Sequence record: ON286973
Reading direction: 5' to 3' (one strand)
Origin: Escherichia phage A51.2
DNA length: 64,000 nucleotides
Part shown: one piece after another, positions 1-9,952 of the stretch
Position numbering within the stretch: the first letter of the stretch is position 1
How the letters are laid out: every line of letters starts with the position of its first letter
Program-made: the position numbers and the translations under genes
The notes under the pieces: generated by a model
Seen by the model: only the letters and a program-made list of their open reading frames with translations
Told to the model about the DNA's origin: nothing
Database searches by the model: none

Positions 1-1
1 T

Positions 2-277
2 CAGGGACTTATCGGTAAGGGTAAGTTCGGAGATGCCTCAGCATTCTACCTACTGTCTCAGTGCAGCACTCCAAAGGAGATGTGGATGGCTATTATTGAT
101 CAGTACAAGAAGTGGTTCCCGAAAGGTGTTGTTAAGTATACTGACTTCAATGATATTGATCGTAGAATTTCCGTAGGTCAATGGATGAGTATAATTTTTG
201 ACTGTTTGTATATGAAGCGAACATTCAATGATCAAACAAAACTTGTTAACGTTCTTAGAAATGTTGGAGCAATTTGA
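2..277 (+). CDS. hypothetical protein, 3' part (gene starts upstream of window)
   Basis: Frame open from window start to TGA at 275-277; ORF-track fragment 80..277 is its C-terminus. Confidence 0.35.
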   Translation, partial: QGLIGKGKFGDASAFYLLSQCSTPKEMWMAIIDQYKKWFPKGVVKYTDFNDIDRRISVGQWMSIIFDCLYMKRTFNDQTKLVNVLRNVGAI

Positions 278-609
278 TGACTAAAAATTCTGTAGATAAC
301 GCAATTATGGAAGCTGTTTTTGAGGATGATCACACAACAGGGACACTTAAAACAAAAAATACATTCGTTGTTGCCACAGGTATGTGGCGGTTGTATGAAG
401 ATGACACCATTTCATACATCCTGTACACGGATGATTACGCAGATGACCGTGTATGGTCTGCTGTTTTAAAAGAGGATTGTGAGCTGATTGAGGGCGAGCG
501 GTTATGCATGTTCACCAGTGTGGAAACAGATGTTAAGCTTTGCTCTCTCGTATTGTTCAAAGATAAGGCTTATGCTCCTGATGAAGGAGAGGAGGATGAG
601 GAAGCATGA
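277..609 (+). CDS. hypothetical acidic protein
   Basis: ORF with ATG at 277 overlapping upstream stop (TTGATGA); C-terminus EGEEDEEA. Confidence 0.45.
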   Translation: MTKNSVDNAIMEAVFEDDHTTGTLKTKNTFVVATGMWRLYEDDTISYILYTDDYADDRVWSAVLKEDCELIEGERLCMFTSVETDVKLCSLVLFKDKAYAPDEGEEDEEA

Positions 610-1235
610 GAGAGCGTCTATTATCCATAGACCAGTCGTTGACACACACAGCTTGCGTTGTATGGGACGATGGAAAGCCTGTTCATAAGGTTGTGTTACG
701 AACTCAAAGCTCATCTGCAAAAGAGAAGAAACCAGGGACGGTTTCTTTTGCAACAGCTGCTGAGCGTATTGACTGGATCTGCAAACAGGTCAGATATTAT
801 ATCCACACGCACGGCGTTGACACCGTAGTTATGGAAGGGCTTTCCTTTGGATCACGCGGGGATGCCACACGTGAACTGGCTGGGTTGTTTTACGGTCTTG
901 AAGTTATGCTTTGGGATGCCTTAGCTGATTGTGAAAATGACGGCCTGTTTAAGGTCCACACAGTGACACCAACAACTGTCAAAAAGTTTGCTCGTAGTCA
1001 TCTTCCTGAGGAACTTGCTTTCGAGGAGAAGAAAAAGCTTGACAAAAAGACAGGTAAAGAGCATACTGTGAAGAAACCTGTTACGATGGATAAAAAGTTG
1101 ATGGTTAAGGCCTGCGAAGTATCTGAACCTGGGTTCCTAGATGGGGTCAATTTGGTACAAGGTAAGGCCGATCTCGCAGATGCTTATTGGATAGGCAGGG
1201 CGCATCTGGAGGGATTATCGCAAAGCGTAAAATAA
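606..1235 (+). CDS. putative nuclease, RNase H-like fold (RuvC/YqgF-like resolvase?)
   Basis: 209 aa; N-terminal LSIDQS...TACVV and later acidic residues loosely resemble RuvC-type resolvases; weak. Confidence 0.3.
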   Translation: MRERLLSIDQSLTHTACVVWDDGKPVHKVVLRTQSSSAKEKKPGTVSFATAAERIDWICKQVRYYIHTHGVDTVVMEGLSFGSRGDATRELAGLFYGLEVMLWDALADCENDGLFKVHTVTPTTVKKFARSHLPEELAFEEKKKLDKKTGKEHTVKKPVTMDKKLMVKACEVSEPGFLDGVNLVQGKADLADAYWIGRAHLEGLSQSVK

Positions 1236-1792
1236 GAAAGAAAGCTGTCAAAGCCCCCGTTCATAACGGGTGGTTAAAAGATTCTAAGGACATAGCCAAC
1301 TTTCGAAAAGAATTGTCAGAGGAGCAGGATGGTCTTGATCCGATCTTGTGCGAGCCACTTCGTAAGCCTTGTTTGGATCATGACCATCTGACTGGTCGTT
1401 GCAGGGGTGTTTTGTCACAATGCACTAATACCTTTGAGGGGTATGTGCTTAAATACTGGATGAAATACTGTAACGAGTATACAGATTGCAGTTTATCAGA
1501 GGCGTTGCGCCGGATGGCTGACTATCTGGAGAAAGACTACAGCGACTTCCCGCTCCACAAAAACTACAGAGATGATATGACAAAGTTCTTGAGGAGATGC
1601 TCTAAAGCTACGGTTATTGCACGAGCAGAATCAGATCTCAATCTTGTCATTAATCCAGAGTGCACCAAGCATGAGGCTATTGAGTCCTACATGCAGGAGT
1701 TTATAAAGAAAACTGAGGAGAGAGACTTCTATGAGGATGAAAAAGGTATTCAATCCTTGCGACTCAGTCCTGATCAGGATGAAATACCGTAA
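1187..1792 (+). CDS. endonuclease VII family recombination endonuclease (T4 gp49-like)
   Basis: Motif C..C-LDHDH-LTG-RG-L-CN...EG matches T4 endo VII zinc/catalytic region; start uncertain (TTG at 1187, no in-frame ATG). Confidence 0.8.
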   Translation: MDRQGASGGIIAKRKIRKKAVKAPVHNGWLKDSKDIANFRKELSEEQDGLDPILCEPLRKPCLDHDHLTGRCRGVLSQCTNTFEGYVLKYWMKYCNEYTDCSLSEALRRMADYLEKDYSDFPLHKNYRDDMTKFLRRCSKATVIARAESDLNLVINPECTKHEAIESYMQEFIKKTEERDFYEDEKGIQSLRLSPDQDEIP

Positions 1793-1952
1793 CTGGAAAG
1801 GTGTTGTTGCAGATCGCTGCGTTACTGAGCCTAATTTATGGTTTGGATCTACAGAGTATCATAAAGAAGAGCAGTGGTTGATGCGTGCCTTCGATGTAGA
1901 CAAGGGCGAATATCGTGACTTCGCTTTAAAAGACATTCTTCAGTTTTACTAA
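1779..1952 (+). CDS. hypothetical small protein
   Basis: Internal ATG of ORF 1731..1952; overlaps end of endo VII gene; weak RBS. Confidence 0.25.
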   Translation: MKYRNWKGVVADRCVTEPNLWFGSTEYHKEEQWLMRAFDVDKGEYRDFALKDILQFY

Positions 1953-1964
1953 GGAATCTTGACG

Positions 1965-2948
1965 ATGATGACAAAGTTAACTCTTGAGCAAATTTTAACA
2001 CTAAAGCAGCAGGGATACACTAATAGACAAATTGCTCGTGAATTTTTAGGCCGTGAGTCACGTGAGAGCTGGATCCGACTACAGCTTAAACGTGCACAAG
2101 AGAATATGTCAGAGATTGTAGGAGAAGCAACGGAGCGCTTCCTTGAAGAACACAAAGGTGCTAAAGTTTGGGTGTATGATACAGAGACATCACCAACAAA
2201 CGGCTGGTTCTTTGGGCACTATAAGACCAACATTCAAACCTGCGGTATTGAAATTATGCCCTATATGCTAACTTTCGCAGGTAAGTGGTTAGACAGTCCT
2301 AGTGTGGTTGACTGCGCTCTTCCCGATTACAAAATGTGGGATGAGGATATTCACAATGACCTCGAATTGATTCAGGACTTGTGGTATTATCTGGATAAAT
2401 GTGATGTCGCAGTAGCCCACAATTCAGGTTTTGACTGTGGGTGGGCAAACCAACGATTTGCATTTCACGGGTTGCCGCCAACAAGCCCATACAAAGAGGT
2501 TGACACCCTTAAAATGATCAAGAAGGCATTCCGTTTGAATGCAAACACTTTGGAGTATGCATGCAAATACTTCCAACTTGCCCGACAGAAACTGATTGAC
2601 CACACATTTGAAATGTGGATCAAGTGTGTTCATGGTGATCTTGAGGCGTTTAAACAGATGCGGGAGTACAATGTTGGTGATATCCTATCTCTGGAAGGCC
2701 TGTATTTGCTGGCACGCCCGTTTGCTAAGCAGCACCCCAACATGTCATTGTACTACCAGGATGAGGAGCCAAAAGTTCGTTGCCCACGCTGTGGTGGAGA
2801 ACACCTTCACGAGGAAGAAGCTTTGGCGTATACTCAACTGAGTGCATTTAAAACATATCGCTGCGAAGGTTGTGGATCTGTTGTTCGTGACCGTAACAAC
2901 ATCCGTACCAGAGAAGAAATGAAAAACACCCTGATTCAGATAATCTAA
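1965..2948 (+). CDS. DEDD-type 3'-5' exonuclease-like protein with N-terminal HTH and C-terminal zinc ribbon
   Basis: VYDTETS (Exo I-like), HNSGFDCGW (Exo II-like), C-terminal CPRCGG...CEGCGS; ATG 1965 preceded by AAGGAA. Confidence 0.45.
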   Translation: MMTKLTLEQILTLKQQGYTNRQIAREFLGRESRESWIRLQLKRAQENMSEIVGEATERFLEEHKGAKVWVYDTETSPTNGWFFGHYKTNIQTCGIEIMPYMLTFAGKWLDSPSVVDCALPDYKMWDEDIHNDLELIQDLWYYLDKCDVAVAHNSGFDCGWANQRFAFHGLPPTSPYKEVDTLKMIKKAFRLNANTLEYACKYFQLARQKLIDHTFEMWIKCVHGDLEAFKQMREYNVGDILSLEGLYLLARPFAKQHPNMSLYYQDEEPKVRCPRCGGEHLHEEEALAYTQLSAFKTYRCEGCGSVVRDRNNIRTREEMKNTLIQII

Positions 2949-2957
2949 TCAAGTATA

Positions 2958-2986
2958 GGGAGGCTTGCGCCTCCCTTTTCCTTTTG
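2958..2986 (+). terminator. intrinsic terminator (GGGAGGC-TTGC-GCCTCCC hairpin plus T tract)
   Basis: Perfect 7-bp stem followed by TTTTCCTTTT directly after exonuclease stop. Confidence 0.6.
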
Positions 2987-2994
2987 GAGGCACT

Positions 2995-3813
2995 TTGAGC
3001 AAGAAAGAGTCCAACGACAAATATTACACAAACCCTGAGTATGCAGAATATCTTGTTGGTAAAGTAAAAGATAAGTATGGAAATTGTGCATACGTTGAGC
3101 CTTCTGCTGGAAGGGGTTCTTTTTCAAAACTATTTTCAGAGATACTGTCTTACGATCTGGTACCAGATCCTGAATTTGAAGGACCAACACCGTGCATTCA
3201 GGCAAACTTCTTGGAGGTGCATCCCAAGGCAGATGTCTTCATAGGTAACCCACCATTTGGCAAGAATTCATCTTTAGCTTGCAAATTCTTTAACCATTGT
3301 GCATCATTGCTAGAGCTTGGAGGGGCTATAGCCTTCATCTTGCCACGGACATTTGAAAAAATATTTTTTGCAAACAAACTGGACATGTCTATGCACCTTG
3401 TCTACAGTGAAAGGTGCCCTAAGAACTCGTTTCTACTTAATGGCAAACCTTATGACGTGCCATGTGTTTTCCAAATTTGGGAGAAAAAGGCGTGCAACAG
3501 GGATCCTGTAGAGATTGGAGAGAATAAGTTATTTTCTTTTAGCACACCAGATGACTACGACTTCTGTGTAAGACGTGTTGGGTATAATGCTGGAAAAGTA
3601 TTGGGGGATGATGACCCAAAATCTGAAGAATCAACATATTTCATAAAATCTTTAGTTGACGGTGTTGACAGAGTGTTTGCTGAATGCTATTCTTCTTTTC
3701 AAGAAGAAGCAGGTAAGACTGCTGGAATGAAGAGTATAGGTAAGAAAGAACTACAATACATTTTGGAGACCAGGTATGATCAAAAGCATAGACTTGACCA
3801 AAGAACTTACTGA
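2995..3813 (+). CDS. DNA N6-adenine methyltransferase
   Basis: Motif I-like EPSAGRGSF and motif IV NPPF; probable TTG start after GGAGG (ORF-track start 2965 lies inside the terminator hairpin). Confidence 0.65.
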   Translation: MSKKESNDKYYTNPEYAEYLVGKVKDKYGNCAYVEPSAGRGSFSKLFSEILSYDLVPDPEFEGPTPCIQANFLEVHPKADVFIGNPPFGKNSSLACKFFNHCASLLELGGAIAFILPRTFEKIFFANKLDMSMHLVYSERCPKNSFLLNGKPYDVPCVFQIWEKKACNRDPVEIGENKLFSFSTPDDYDFCVRRVGYNAGKVLGDDDPKSEESTYFIKSLVDGVDRVFAECYSSFQEEAGKTAGMKSIGKKELQYILETRYDQKHRLDQRTY

Positions 3814-4234
3814 TGCAAAAGCTTTTGGTGAGACAGCGGTACAAAGGGGGCAGGCGATGGGACTGGCACTACCTTTCGTATTAAAAGAGCACTTTACAGA
3901 TTTTCAACTTATCAAGGGTGATAAGGGAATGCTTATCCTGGAGCATAAGTTGAGTAAGAAACGCTATAAAGTTGTTTTTAATTCTAAAGCTCCAACAAAA
4001 CTGGGATTCAGAACTTACAATCTTAACCCATCCTACACTAAGGGTGTTGGAAGGGTAGAACAACAGCATTTCAGTGCCAGAGCTTCTTTAGCCCCTTTGA
4101 TGCTAAATTTCTCAGGGGTGGCTTTAGGATACCTTGATAAGAAAAGAGTTCTTCATGTCCGTTTCACAGACTTTGTAACGCTTCTAGCCAACAACGAGGT
4201 TGATGAAAAGGGACGTGTAAAAACAAACTTCTAA
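3776..4234 (+). CDS. hypothetical protein
   Basis: 152-aa ORF, ATG after GGAGAC. Confidence 0.4.
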   Translation: MIKSIDLTKELTDAKAFGETAVQRGQAMGLALPFVLKEHFTDFQLIKGDKGMLILEHKLSKKRYKVVFNSKAPTKLGFRTYNLNPSYTKGVGRVEQQHFSARASLAPLMLNFSGVALGYLDKKRVLHVRFTDFVTLLANNEVDEKGRVKTNF

Positions 4235-4261
4235 TAACGCATAGTATGATTGGAGAACGCA

Positions 4262-4453
4262 ATGACACTAAAGTTAACAATTCCAGACAGCTTTTCAGAA
4301 GACTTTATCCCAGAAATGATGGATAAGATGCGATCATTGCTTGATCAGATCGAGGAAGCTGTTTGGGAAGACGATGCTGTAGTGGCTAACGAGCTGGTAG
4401 ATAAGTGTAAAAGTATTATTGATGCAGTTGAAGAATACCACGGAGGTTTTTGA
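4262..4453 (+). CDS. hypothetical small acidic protein
   Basis: ATG 4262; stop overlaps next start (TGATG). Confidence 0.35.
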   Translation: MTLKLTIPDSFSEDFIPEMMDKMRSLLDQIEEAVWEDDAVVANELVDKCKSIIDAVEEYHGGF

Positions 4454-5067
4454 TGGATATTATTGTTCTTAACGCCCCACCCAGCAGTGGTAAGGATCAC
4501 ATTGCAGATCTCTTGTTGGAAGCTATTCCTAACTCACACCACCGTGAGGTTAAGGAGATGCTCTTCAGTGTGGCAATTAAGGCAGCTGGTGTAACTCCTC
4601 AACTCTGGAATGCACTTTATGACCGCCACTACAAAGAAGAGCCTTGCCCTTTCTTAATGATAGACGGTAAGCATGTTTCTCCGCGAGAATGGATGATCCA
4701 TTGTAGTGAAAATCTGATTAAACCTATCTTTGGTGAAGATGCTTTCGGTAAAGCCGCAGTCGCATCTTTGAAGAAAGATTTCCCTAAAGGTAAAGGGGTT
4801 GTTGTTTACTCCGATGGTGGATTCAAAGAGGAGCTGGCATGCCTTAGCGAGTACGCGTACAGCACAGGTGGAGATCTGTTGTTGTTCCGTATTCACCGTG
4901 TCGGATATGACTGGGGAAATGATTCCAGAACCTATCTAAGTCTGGAAAAGAACGGAATAAAAGGAATTGAGTTCGATGTTGTAAACCCTGAAGGTGCACC
5001 TTGGGAATGTGCATCGGAGATTGTGTGCAAGTATATTGATGCTAAAGAGGCCCAAGAAGAATGTTAA
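4453..5067 (+). CDS. P-loop nucleotide kinase, dNMP kinase-like (T4 gp1-like)
   Basis: N-terminal Walker A LNAPPSSGKDHIADL resembles T4 deoxynucleoside monophosphate kinase. Confidence 0.5.
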   Translation: MDIIVLNAPPSSGKDHIADLLLEAIPNSHHREVKEMLFSVAIKAAGVTPQLWNALYDRHYKEEPCPFLMIDGKHVSPREWMIHCSENLIKPIFGEDAFGKAAVASLKKDFPKGKGVVVYSDGGFKEELACLSEYAYSTGGDLLLFRIHRVGYDWGNDSRTYLSLEKNGIKGIEFDVVNPEGAPWECASEIVCKYIDAKEAQEEC

Positions 5068-5654
5068 TCGGTATTGATGTAGATTTGACACTGGTAGATT
5101 CAGGAACAGCATGGTGGGAGTGGTTGGAGCGTTTATATGGTCCAGCCAGTAAGACAGTCACTAAACCCTCTAATGGGTTAATGTATTACGATCTGTCAAA
5201 GTATTGGCCTGATCGCCCCAAAGAAAACATCATAGGGCCTTTTGATTTCTGGAGTGACCCGTTCCTCTACGACTTTCTTAAGCCTGAAGATGGGGCTATT
5301 GAGGTTATGAAAGATTTGGTGGCTCGTGGTCACAAGCTTGCATTTATCTCGGTATGCAAGAAAGGTCACCTTGCATCTAAATCAAGGTTCTTAAAGCGTT
5401 GGACTAGTGATTTTATGGATCTGGACGATCACACCCAGGGTCACGGCTTCTACGCCACGCATTTCAAGGGAAATGTGGCTGTAGATGTTATAATTGACGA
5501 CAGGCATGAATACCTGAACCAATTCGCTTCACGCCCTGAAGTTATTAAAATCCTAAAAGATACGCCTTATGAGCAATTTGAGGAGTTAAAGGTCAGTGTT
5601 GACTATACCGCTAATAGCTGGTATAAAATAGGAAAGTTTTTAGAAGGTATTTGA
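5061..5654 (+). CDS. HAD-superfamily 5'(3')-deoxyribonucleotidase-like phosphatase
   Basis: HAD motif I IGIDVDLTLVDS (DxD) and late DD motif VIIDDRHE. Confidence 0.6.
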   Translation: MLIGIDVDLTLVDSGTAWWEWLERLYGPASKTVTKPSNGLMYYDLSKYWPDRPKENIIGPFDFWSDPFLYDFLKPEDGAIEVMKDLVARGHKLAFISVCKKGHLASKSRFLKRWTSDFMDLDDHTQGHGFYATHFKGNVAVDVIIDDRHEYLNQFASRPEVIKILKDTPYEQFEELKVSVDYTANSWYKIGKFLEGI

Positions 5655-5655
5655 A

Positions 5656-5856
5656 ATGGGCAGATGTTCTAAAGGTGGCGATCCTGTAGTCAGATACGGT
5701 GACTGGCTAGAGGTGTATGATCTGGGAGGTAAGCTGGTGTATGCCTCCAGGATCACCCAAGACATGTGCTCCGATATGTTCAACAGATACCTTGCATTTA
5801 AGGCCAACATAAACCCAGACGAAATTTCCAAAATTAAAACAAGGAGAGCTAAATAA
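5656..5856 (+). CDS. hypothetical protein
   Basis: 66-aa ORF between nucleotidase and ThyX-like gene. Confidence 0.35.
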   Translation: MGRCSKGGDPVVRYGDWLEVYDLGGKLVYASRITQDMCSDMFNRYLAFKANINPDEISKIKTRRAK

Positions 5857-6839
5857 TGCTAAAACTGTGCACTGCAAAGATCATTGCTGACAGCATTTCC
5901 GAGAAAGGTAAGCGCATCACCACTTTTGAGCTAGAGTATCCTCGAATTATTCACTCAGAGCTTATGACGCACCGAGTGTTCAGCCGAAACGCCATGTCTT
6001 CCCGTGCAGTGCCTGTCGGAAAGATGCTGCAACAGATTGTGGAGAATCCGGCAATGCCAGTTCGCTTCGGTGTAAATAAGCGAGGAATGGAAGATGGTGG
6101 GGAACACGATCAAAAGATCCGTGTAGAGTACACTGATATGGAGCTAACTCCGGAAGAGTTTTGGAAAGAAGCTGCAAAAAACGCCGCTTGGCATGCAGAG
6201 AAGTTTGCCCTTGCTGGTTACCATAAGCAAGTATGTAACCGCTTAGTGGAGCCTTTTCAGCGCATGAAAACAGTTGTAACAAGCACCGAGTGGAATAATT
6301 TTTTCCACCTCCGTTGCTGGCACGATGCGGATCCTACGATTCAGATGTTAGCTAATTGTATGTGGGAGGCTCTTGTGAATAGCACTCCTGAAATCCTTAA
6401 ACCGGGTCAATGGCACACTCCATATGTAGAGCACGTTTATTTGGACGGGGAGTTTAACTACGCTGTACGTGACACAGAAGGAAAGCTCTGCATTCTCGAT
6501 ACTAAAGAAGCTCTGTCTATCAGTGCTAGTTGCTGTGCACAAGTATCTTATCGAAATATTGACAGCACGTTTGAAAAGGCAGACAGTGTGGCTAAAAAAT
6601 TGATTGGTGGGGATCGTATTCATGCAAGCCCTTACGAGCACCAGGCAACACCTATGGATCACGATAACGCAATGGAACGTTTAAACTACTACCTGTCTTC
6701 ATGTGAAATCACACAAGACATCAGTACTTGGCAGGAAGGTGTAACCCATCAAGACCGTGATGGTAAATTCTGGTCTGCCAACTTTTGTGGGTGGGTTCAG
6801 CACAGACAACTGCTTAATAACCACTTCGTGAAAGGTTAA
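5856..6839 (+). CDS. thyX: ThyX-like (flavin-dependent thymidylate synthase family) protein, divergent signature
   Basis: RBS AAGGAGAG; THRVFSRNAMSSRA aligns to ThyX signature RHRxxSxNExSxRY with 3 consensus positions changed; 327 aa is longer than typical. Confidence 0.6.
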   Translation: MLKLCTAKIIADSISEKGKRITTFELEYPRIIHSELMTHRVFSRNAMSSRAVPVGKMLQQIVENPAMPVRFGVNKRGMEDGGEHDQKIRVEYTDMELTPEEFWKEAAKNAAWHAEKFALAGYHKQVCNRLVEPFQRMKTVVTSTEWNNFFHLRCWHDADPTIQMLANCMWEALVNSTPEILKPGQWHTPYVEHVYLDGEFNYAVRDTEGKLCILDTKEALSISASCCAQVSYRNIDSTFEKADSVAKKLIGGDRIHASPYEHQATPMDHDNAMERLNYYLSSCEITQDISTWQEGVTHQDRDGKFWSANFCGWVQHRQLLNNHFVKG

Positions 6840-6868
6840 TCCTATCACAGCGATAGGTAACTTTTGTG

Positions 6869-6897
6869 TTGACTAATAGTATTAGATAATCTATAAT
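6869..6897 (+). promoter_or_regulatory. sigma70-like promoter (TTGACT-17-TATAAT)
   Basis: Consensus hexamers with 17-bp spacer upstream of 6926 gene. Confidence 0.55.
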
Positions 6898-6925
6898 AAT
6901 GGCTCACTTTGTTGGTGAGCCAGAA

Positions 6926-7399
6926 ATGGAGACAGATATGAGTAATGTTATGATTCCTAAAAAGACATTTATTTCAGTTACTTTGGATTTCCTATCTACC
7001 GTTCCCGGGTTTAACGTTCGCACACGAAACGGTCTCCGAGCTGCACTCTTTGCCGTAGGGTTTGATTTAAAAAGTATTGATGTTCTTCGTGGAAAAAACG
7101 TTCGATGCAAAAATAAGCCAACACATTATCGAAAGGCAGATGTATTTGCTGGTGTCATGCGTGCAGACTTTAGATACCCGCAAATGTATAACGGTGTAGA
7201 TATTTTAGATGTGGATAAAGCACCTGGTGAGGCAATGCTTGTTCAAGATCTTCCGTATGATATTCCTGTAGAGGATCGTGTTAATGTAAGAAAGTATACA
7301 AAACAATCTGAAAAGGCTGAAGATATTCATATTGTTGATGAACCTTTCAATTTTGAAGATCTGCATCGCCTGGAAAAATTATTCGGTATTGAAAGCTAA
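6926..7399 (+). CDS. hypothetical protein
   Basis: ORF 6899..7399 trimmed to first ATG downstream of the promoter -10. Confidence 0.4.
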   Translation: METDMSNVMIPKKTFISVTLDFLSTVPGFNVRTRNGLRAALFAVGFDLKSIDVLRGKNVRCKNKPTHYRKADVFAGVMRADFRYPQMYNGVDILDVDKAPGEAMLVQDLPYDIPVEDRVNVRKYTKQSEKAEDIHIVDEPFNFEDLHRLEKLFGIES

Positions 7400-7409
7400 G
7401 GTGGTGAAG

Positions 7410-7640
7410 ATGAGTCATAACTCCAAGTGGAAGGATCTTGGTTTTGCAAGTCGGTCAGAGTATGTTGGTTGGCTTTGGTTCAACGGCCTGACAAACGATA
7501 TTAAAATGTATGATGATGTTTATTATGACGAGTATACAGGCAAAATTATAAATATCTCTGTAGAAGAGGATACCTTTATCCAGCAAGATACTGATACCTG
7601 CCTTGATAAATACGTTGATGAAGTGGAGGAAGCAAATTGA
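7410..7640 (+). CDS. hypothetical protein
   Basis: ATG 7410 after AAGGTGG; ORF-track 7332 start overlaps upstream gene. Confidence 0.4.
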   Translation: MSHNSKWKDLGFASRSEYVGWLWFNGLTNDIKMYDDVYYDEYTGKIINISVEEDTFIQQDTDTCLDKYVDEVEEAN

Positions 7641-9952
7641 TCACCAAGGTAATTAAAAGCAACGGATGTGAAGTGGCATTCGATCCAGAACGTTTAAATA
7701 AGGCAGCTATTTTCGGTGACGACGGTAACGGCAATTGGTCACATATTGCACTGGATGCATACAAACGACTGTATGATGGATGTACAACCAAAGAAGTTAA
7801 CCAAGCTATCATAGACTCCTGTGTTAGCCGTAAAGACGAAGCACATTCCCGTATGGCTGGTCGTGTTCTTATTGGTCAGATTTATAAAGAGGCTTTTGGA
7901 GGGTTTACAAAGATCCCTTCCTTACCATCATTTTACAACGACATGGTTGAGAAAGGGTATTGGGAGGATATGGGATATAGCTTTACCGAGCTAAACACTT
8001 TAGACGCTGTTATTGACCACAGTAAAGATCTCGGTTATGGCTATGCAGTCCTTAAACAGTTTCGCGACAAATACGGGATCAAGGATACTCTTAAAGACAC
8101 CTTGTTTGAATCTCCCCAGATGATGTTTATGGGGATAGCAATGGCTGTCATGAAGAATATGCCGAAAGAACGTCGTATCAACGATGTTGTAAAATTATAC
8201 ACTTATCTGTCCGACTTAAAGATCAATGCCCCGACACCGTACTTAAACGGGCTGCGCACAGGTAAGACAGGGTATGCATCTTGTTGTGTAATAAAAGCTG
8301 ACGATACAGCAAAATCTATTGGTGTGGCACGTGAAGTTGCGTACACAATGACGGTTAACCAAGCAGGTATCGGCTACTATTTATCATCAAGATCTGCAGG
8401 TGATGGTGTTCGCGGTAACACTATTAAACACATGGGTAAGATTCCATATTATCGAGGTATTGATGCTGGTGTTAAGGAGAACAGACAACAATCACGTGGC
8501 GGTTCTGCAACAGTATCATTCCTTGCACTGGACCCGCAGATTGATGAGCTAATCCGTTTGAGAAACCCTATGACTGTTGCTTCAAAAAGAATCAACACCA
8601 TGGACTACTCCATCGGTATTAATAGGTCGTTTATCAACCGTGTGGCTAAGAATTTAGATTGGATGCTTGTTTCTTATAAGCACGCTCCTCAACTGCATGA
8701 GGGTATCTTCACCATGTCTATGGAGGAGTTCGATGCAGAGGTTGAGCGTATTGCTAAAGATGACAGTATTCCTAAGACATGGATCCGGGCTAGAGATCTT
8801 GCTGTTGAGCTGATCACGCAGCGTACTGAGGTGGGAAGGCTGTACGTATACTGGACAGATGAGATGAATAGACATACACCTTTTAAAGATGTGATCTATT
8901 CAAGCAACCTGTGTGCAGAAATAGCCCTCCCGACAAAAGGCTATTCAGATATGCGTAATATCTTCAAGTACGATGTTGATGATGGTGAGGTTGCATTGTG
9001 CTTCCTGTCATCTCTTGTAGCTGGAAGGGTTACCCCAGAGGAGTATGAGGATGTTGCATACTACACGGTACTTATGATTGACAATGTTATGGAAATCATG
9101 ACATATCCGTATGAAAACATGGAGAGTACTGTTAAAAAACGCAGATCCATCGGGGTTGGCCTTACCAATGTTGCACATTTTATTGCCAGCCACAAGGTTA
9201 CTTACGGATCTCCTGAAAGTAAACAGCTTGTTCACGATCTTGCAGAACTTCACAGCTACAGCTTGCATAAGGCAAGTTTACGGTTGGCAAAAGAGCGTGG
9301 TGTCTGCGAGTGGATGTATAAAACAAAATATCCAGAAGGTTGGTTACCAATCGACACTTATAACAAAGAGGTCGATAGTGTGGTGAAAGATCCTTCTCTT
9401 AAACAGGATTGGGAAGGGTTACGTAAAGAAATCATTGAAAATGGTGGGCTACGTAATAGCGTTCTTGAAGCATATATGCCTAATGAAAGCTCTTCGCTGG
9501 CAACAAACACCACTAACGGGGTTTATCCTGTCCGTGAGCACATTATCTTTAAAAAGTCGCCACAAGGGCAGGTGCTGTTTATCGTTCCTGAATACGATGA
9601 GTTGAAAGAGTATTACACTTCGGCTTGGGACGTTGATACTAACGACATGATCGATATGTATGCTGTGATTCAAAAATTCACAGGTCAGGCAATCAGCGCG
9701 GATTTATACATAGACTACACCAAGTTGAAAGATGGTAAAATTTCAATGAAGGAGCAGCTAGGGTACCTTATCCGTGCCACTAAATTCGGGATGAAGACAT
9801 GGTATTATTTAAACTCTAGGGTTGGTGCTGGTGACTCCTTGGCAGAGGAACTTCATGCCAAGAAACAGGCTGAAGATGAAACCAGAAAGAACTATCCTTT
9901 GATTGCAGATAGTTCAGTTGAAGATCCGTATTGCGAAAGCTGTGCACTATAA
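7637..9952 (+). CDS. nrdA: ribonucleotide reductase class Ia large subunit
   Basis: N-terminal ATP-cone (VIKSNG..E.F), catalytic NLCAEIALP motif, 771 aa; TTG start after GGAGGA. Confidence 0.9.
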   Translation: MITKVIKSNGCEVAFDPERLNKAAIFGDDGNGNWSHIALDAYKRLYDGCTTKEVNQAIIDSCVSRKDEAHSRMAGRVLIGQIYKEAFGGFTKIPSLPSFYNDMVEKGYWEDMGYSFTELNTLDAVIDHSKDLGYGYAVLKQFRDKYGIKDTLKDTLFESPQMMFMGIAMAVMKNMPKERRINDVVKLYTYLSDLKINAPTPYLNGLRTGKTGYASCCVIKADDTAKSIGVAREVAYTMTVNQAGIGYYLSSRSAGDGVRGNTIKHMGKIPYYRGIDAGVKENRQQSRGGSATVSFLALDPQIDELIRLRNPMTVASKRINTMDYSIGINRSFINRVAKNLDWMLVSYKHAPQLHEGIFTMSMEEFDAEVERIAKDDSIPKTWIRARDLAVELITQRTEVGRLYVYWTDEMNRHTPFKDVIYSSNLCAEIALPTKGYSDMRNIFKYDVDDGEVALCFLSSLVAGRVTPEEYEDVAYYTVLMIDNVMEIMTYPYENMESTVKKRRSIGVGLTNVAHFIASHKVTYGSPESKQLVHDLAELHSYSLHKASLRLAKERGVCEWMYKTKYPEGWLPIDTYNKEVDSVVKDPSLKQDWEGLRKEIIENGGLRNSVLEAYMPNESSSLATNTTNGVYPVREHIIFKKSPQGQVLFIVPEYDELKEYYTSAWDVDTNDMIDMYAVIQKFTGQAISADLYIDYTKLKDGKISMKEQLGYLIRATKFGMKTWYYLNSRVGAGDSLAEELHAKKQAEDETRKNYPLIADSSVEDPYCESCAL

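Noticed and set aside
8654-8875. Antisense ORFs inside large conserved genes (e.g. 8654..8875 and 9008..9268 in nrdA, 11958..12191 in nrdD, 53244..53609 in the polymerase, 56770..57456 in the primase-helicase)
   Set aside because: They lie wholly within and opposite to genes with strong family signatures, have no RBS, and are typical chance ORFs
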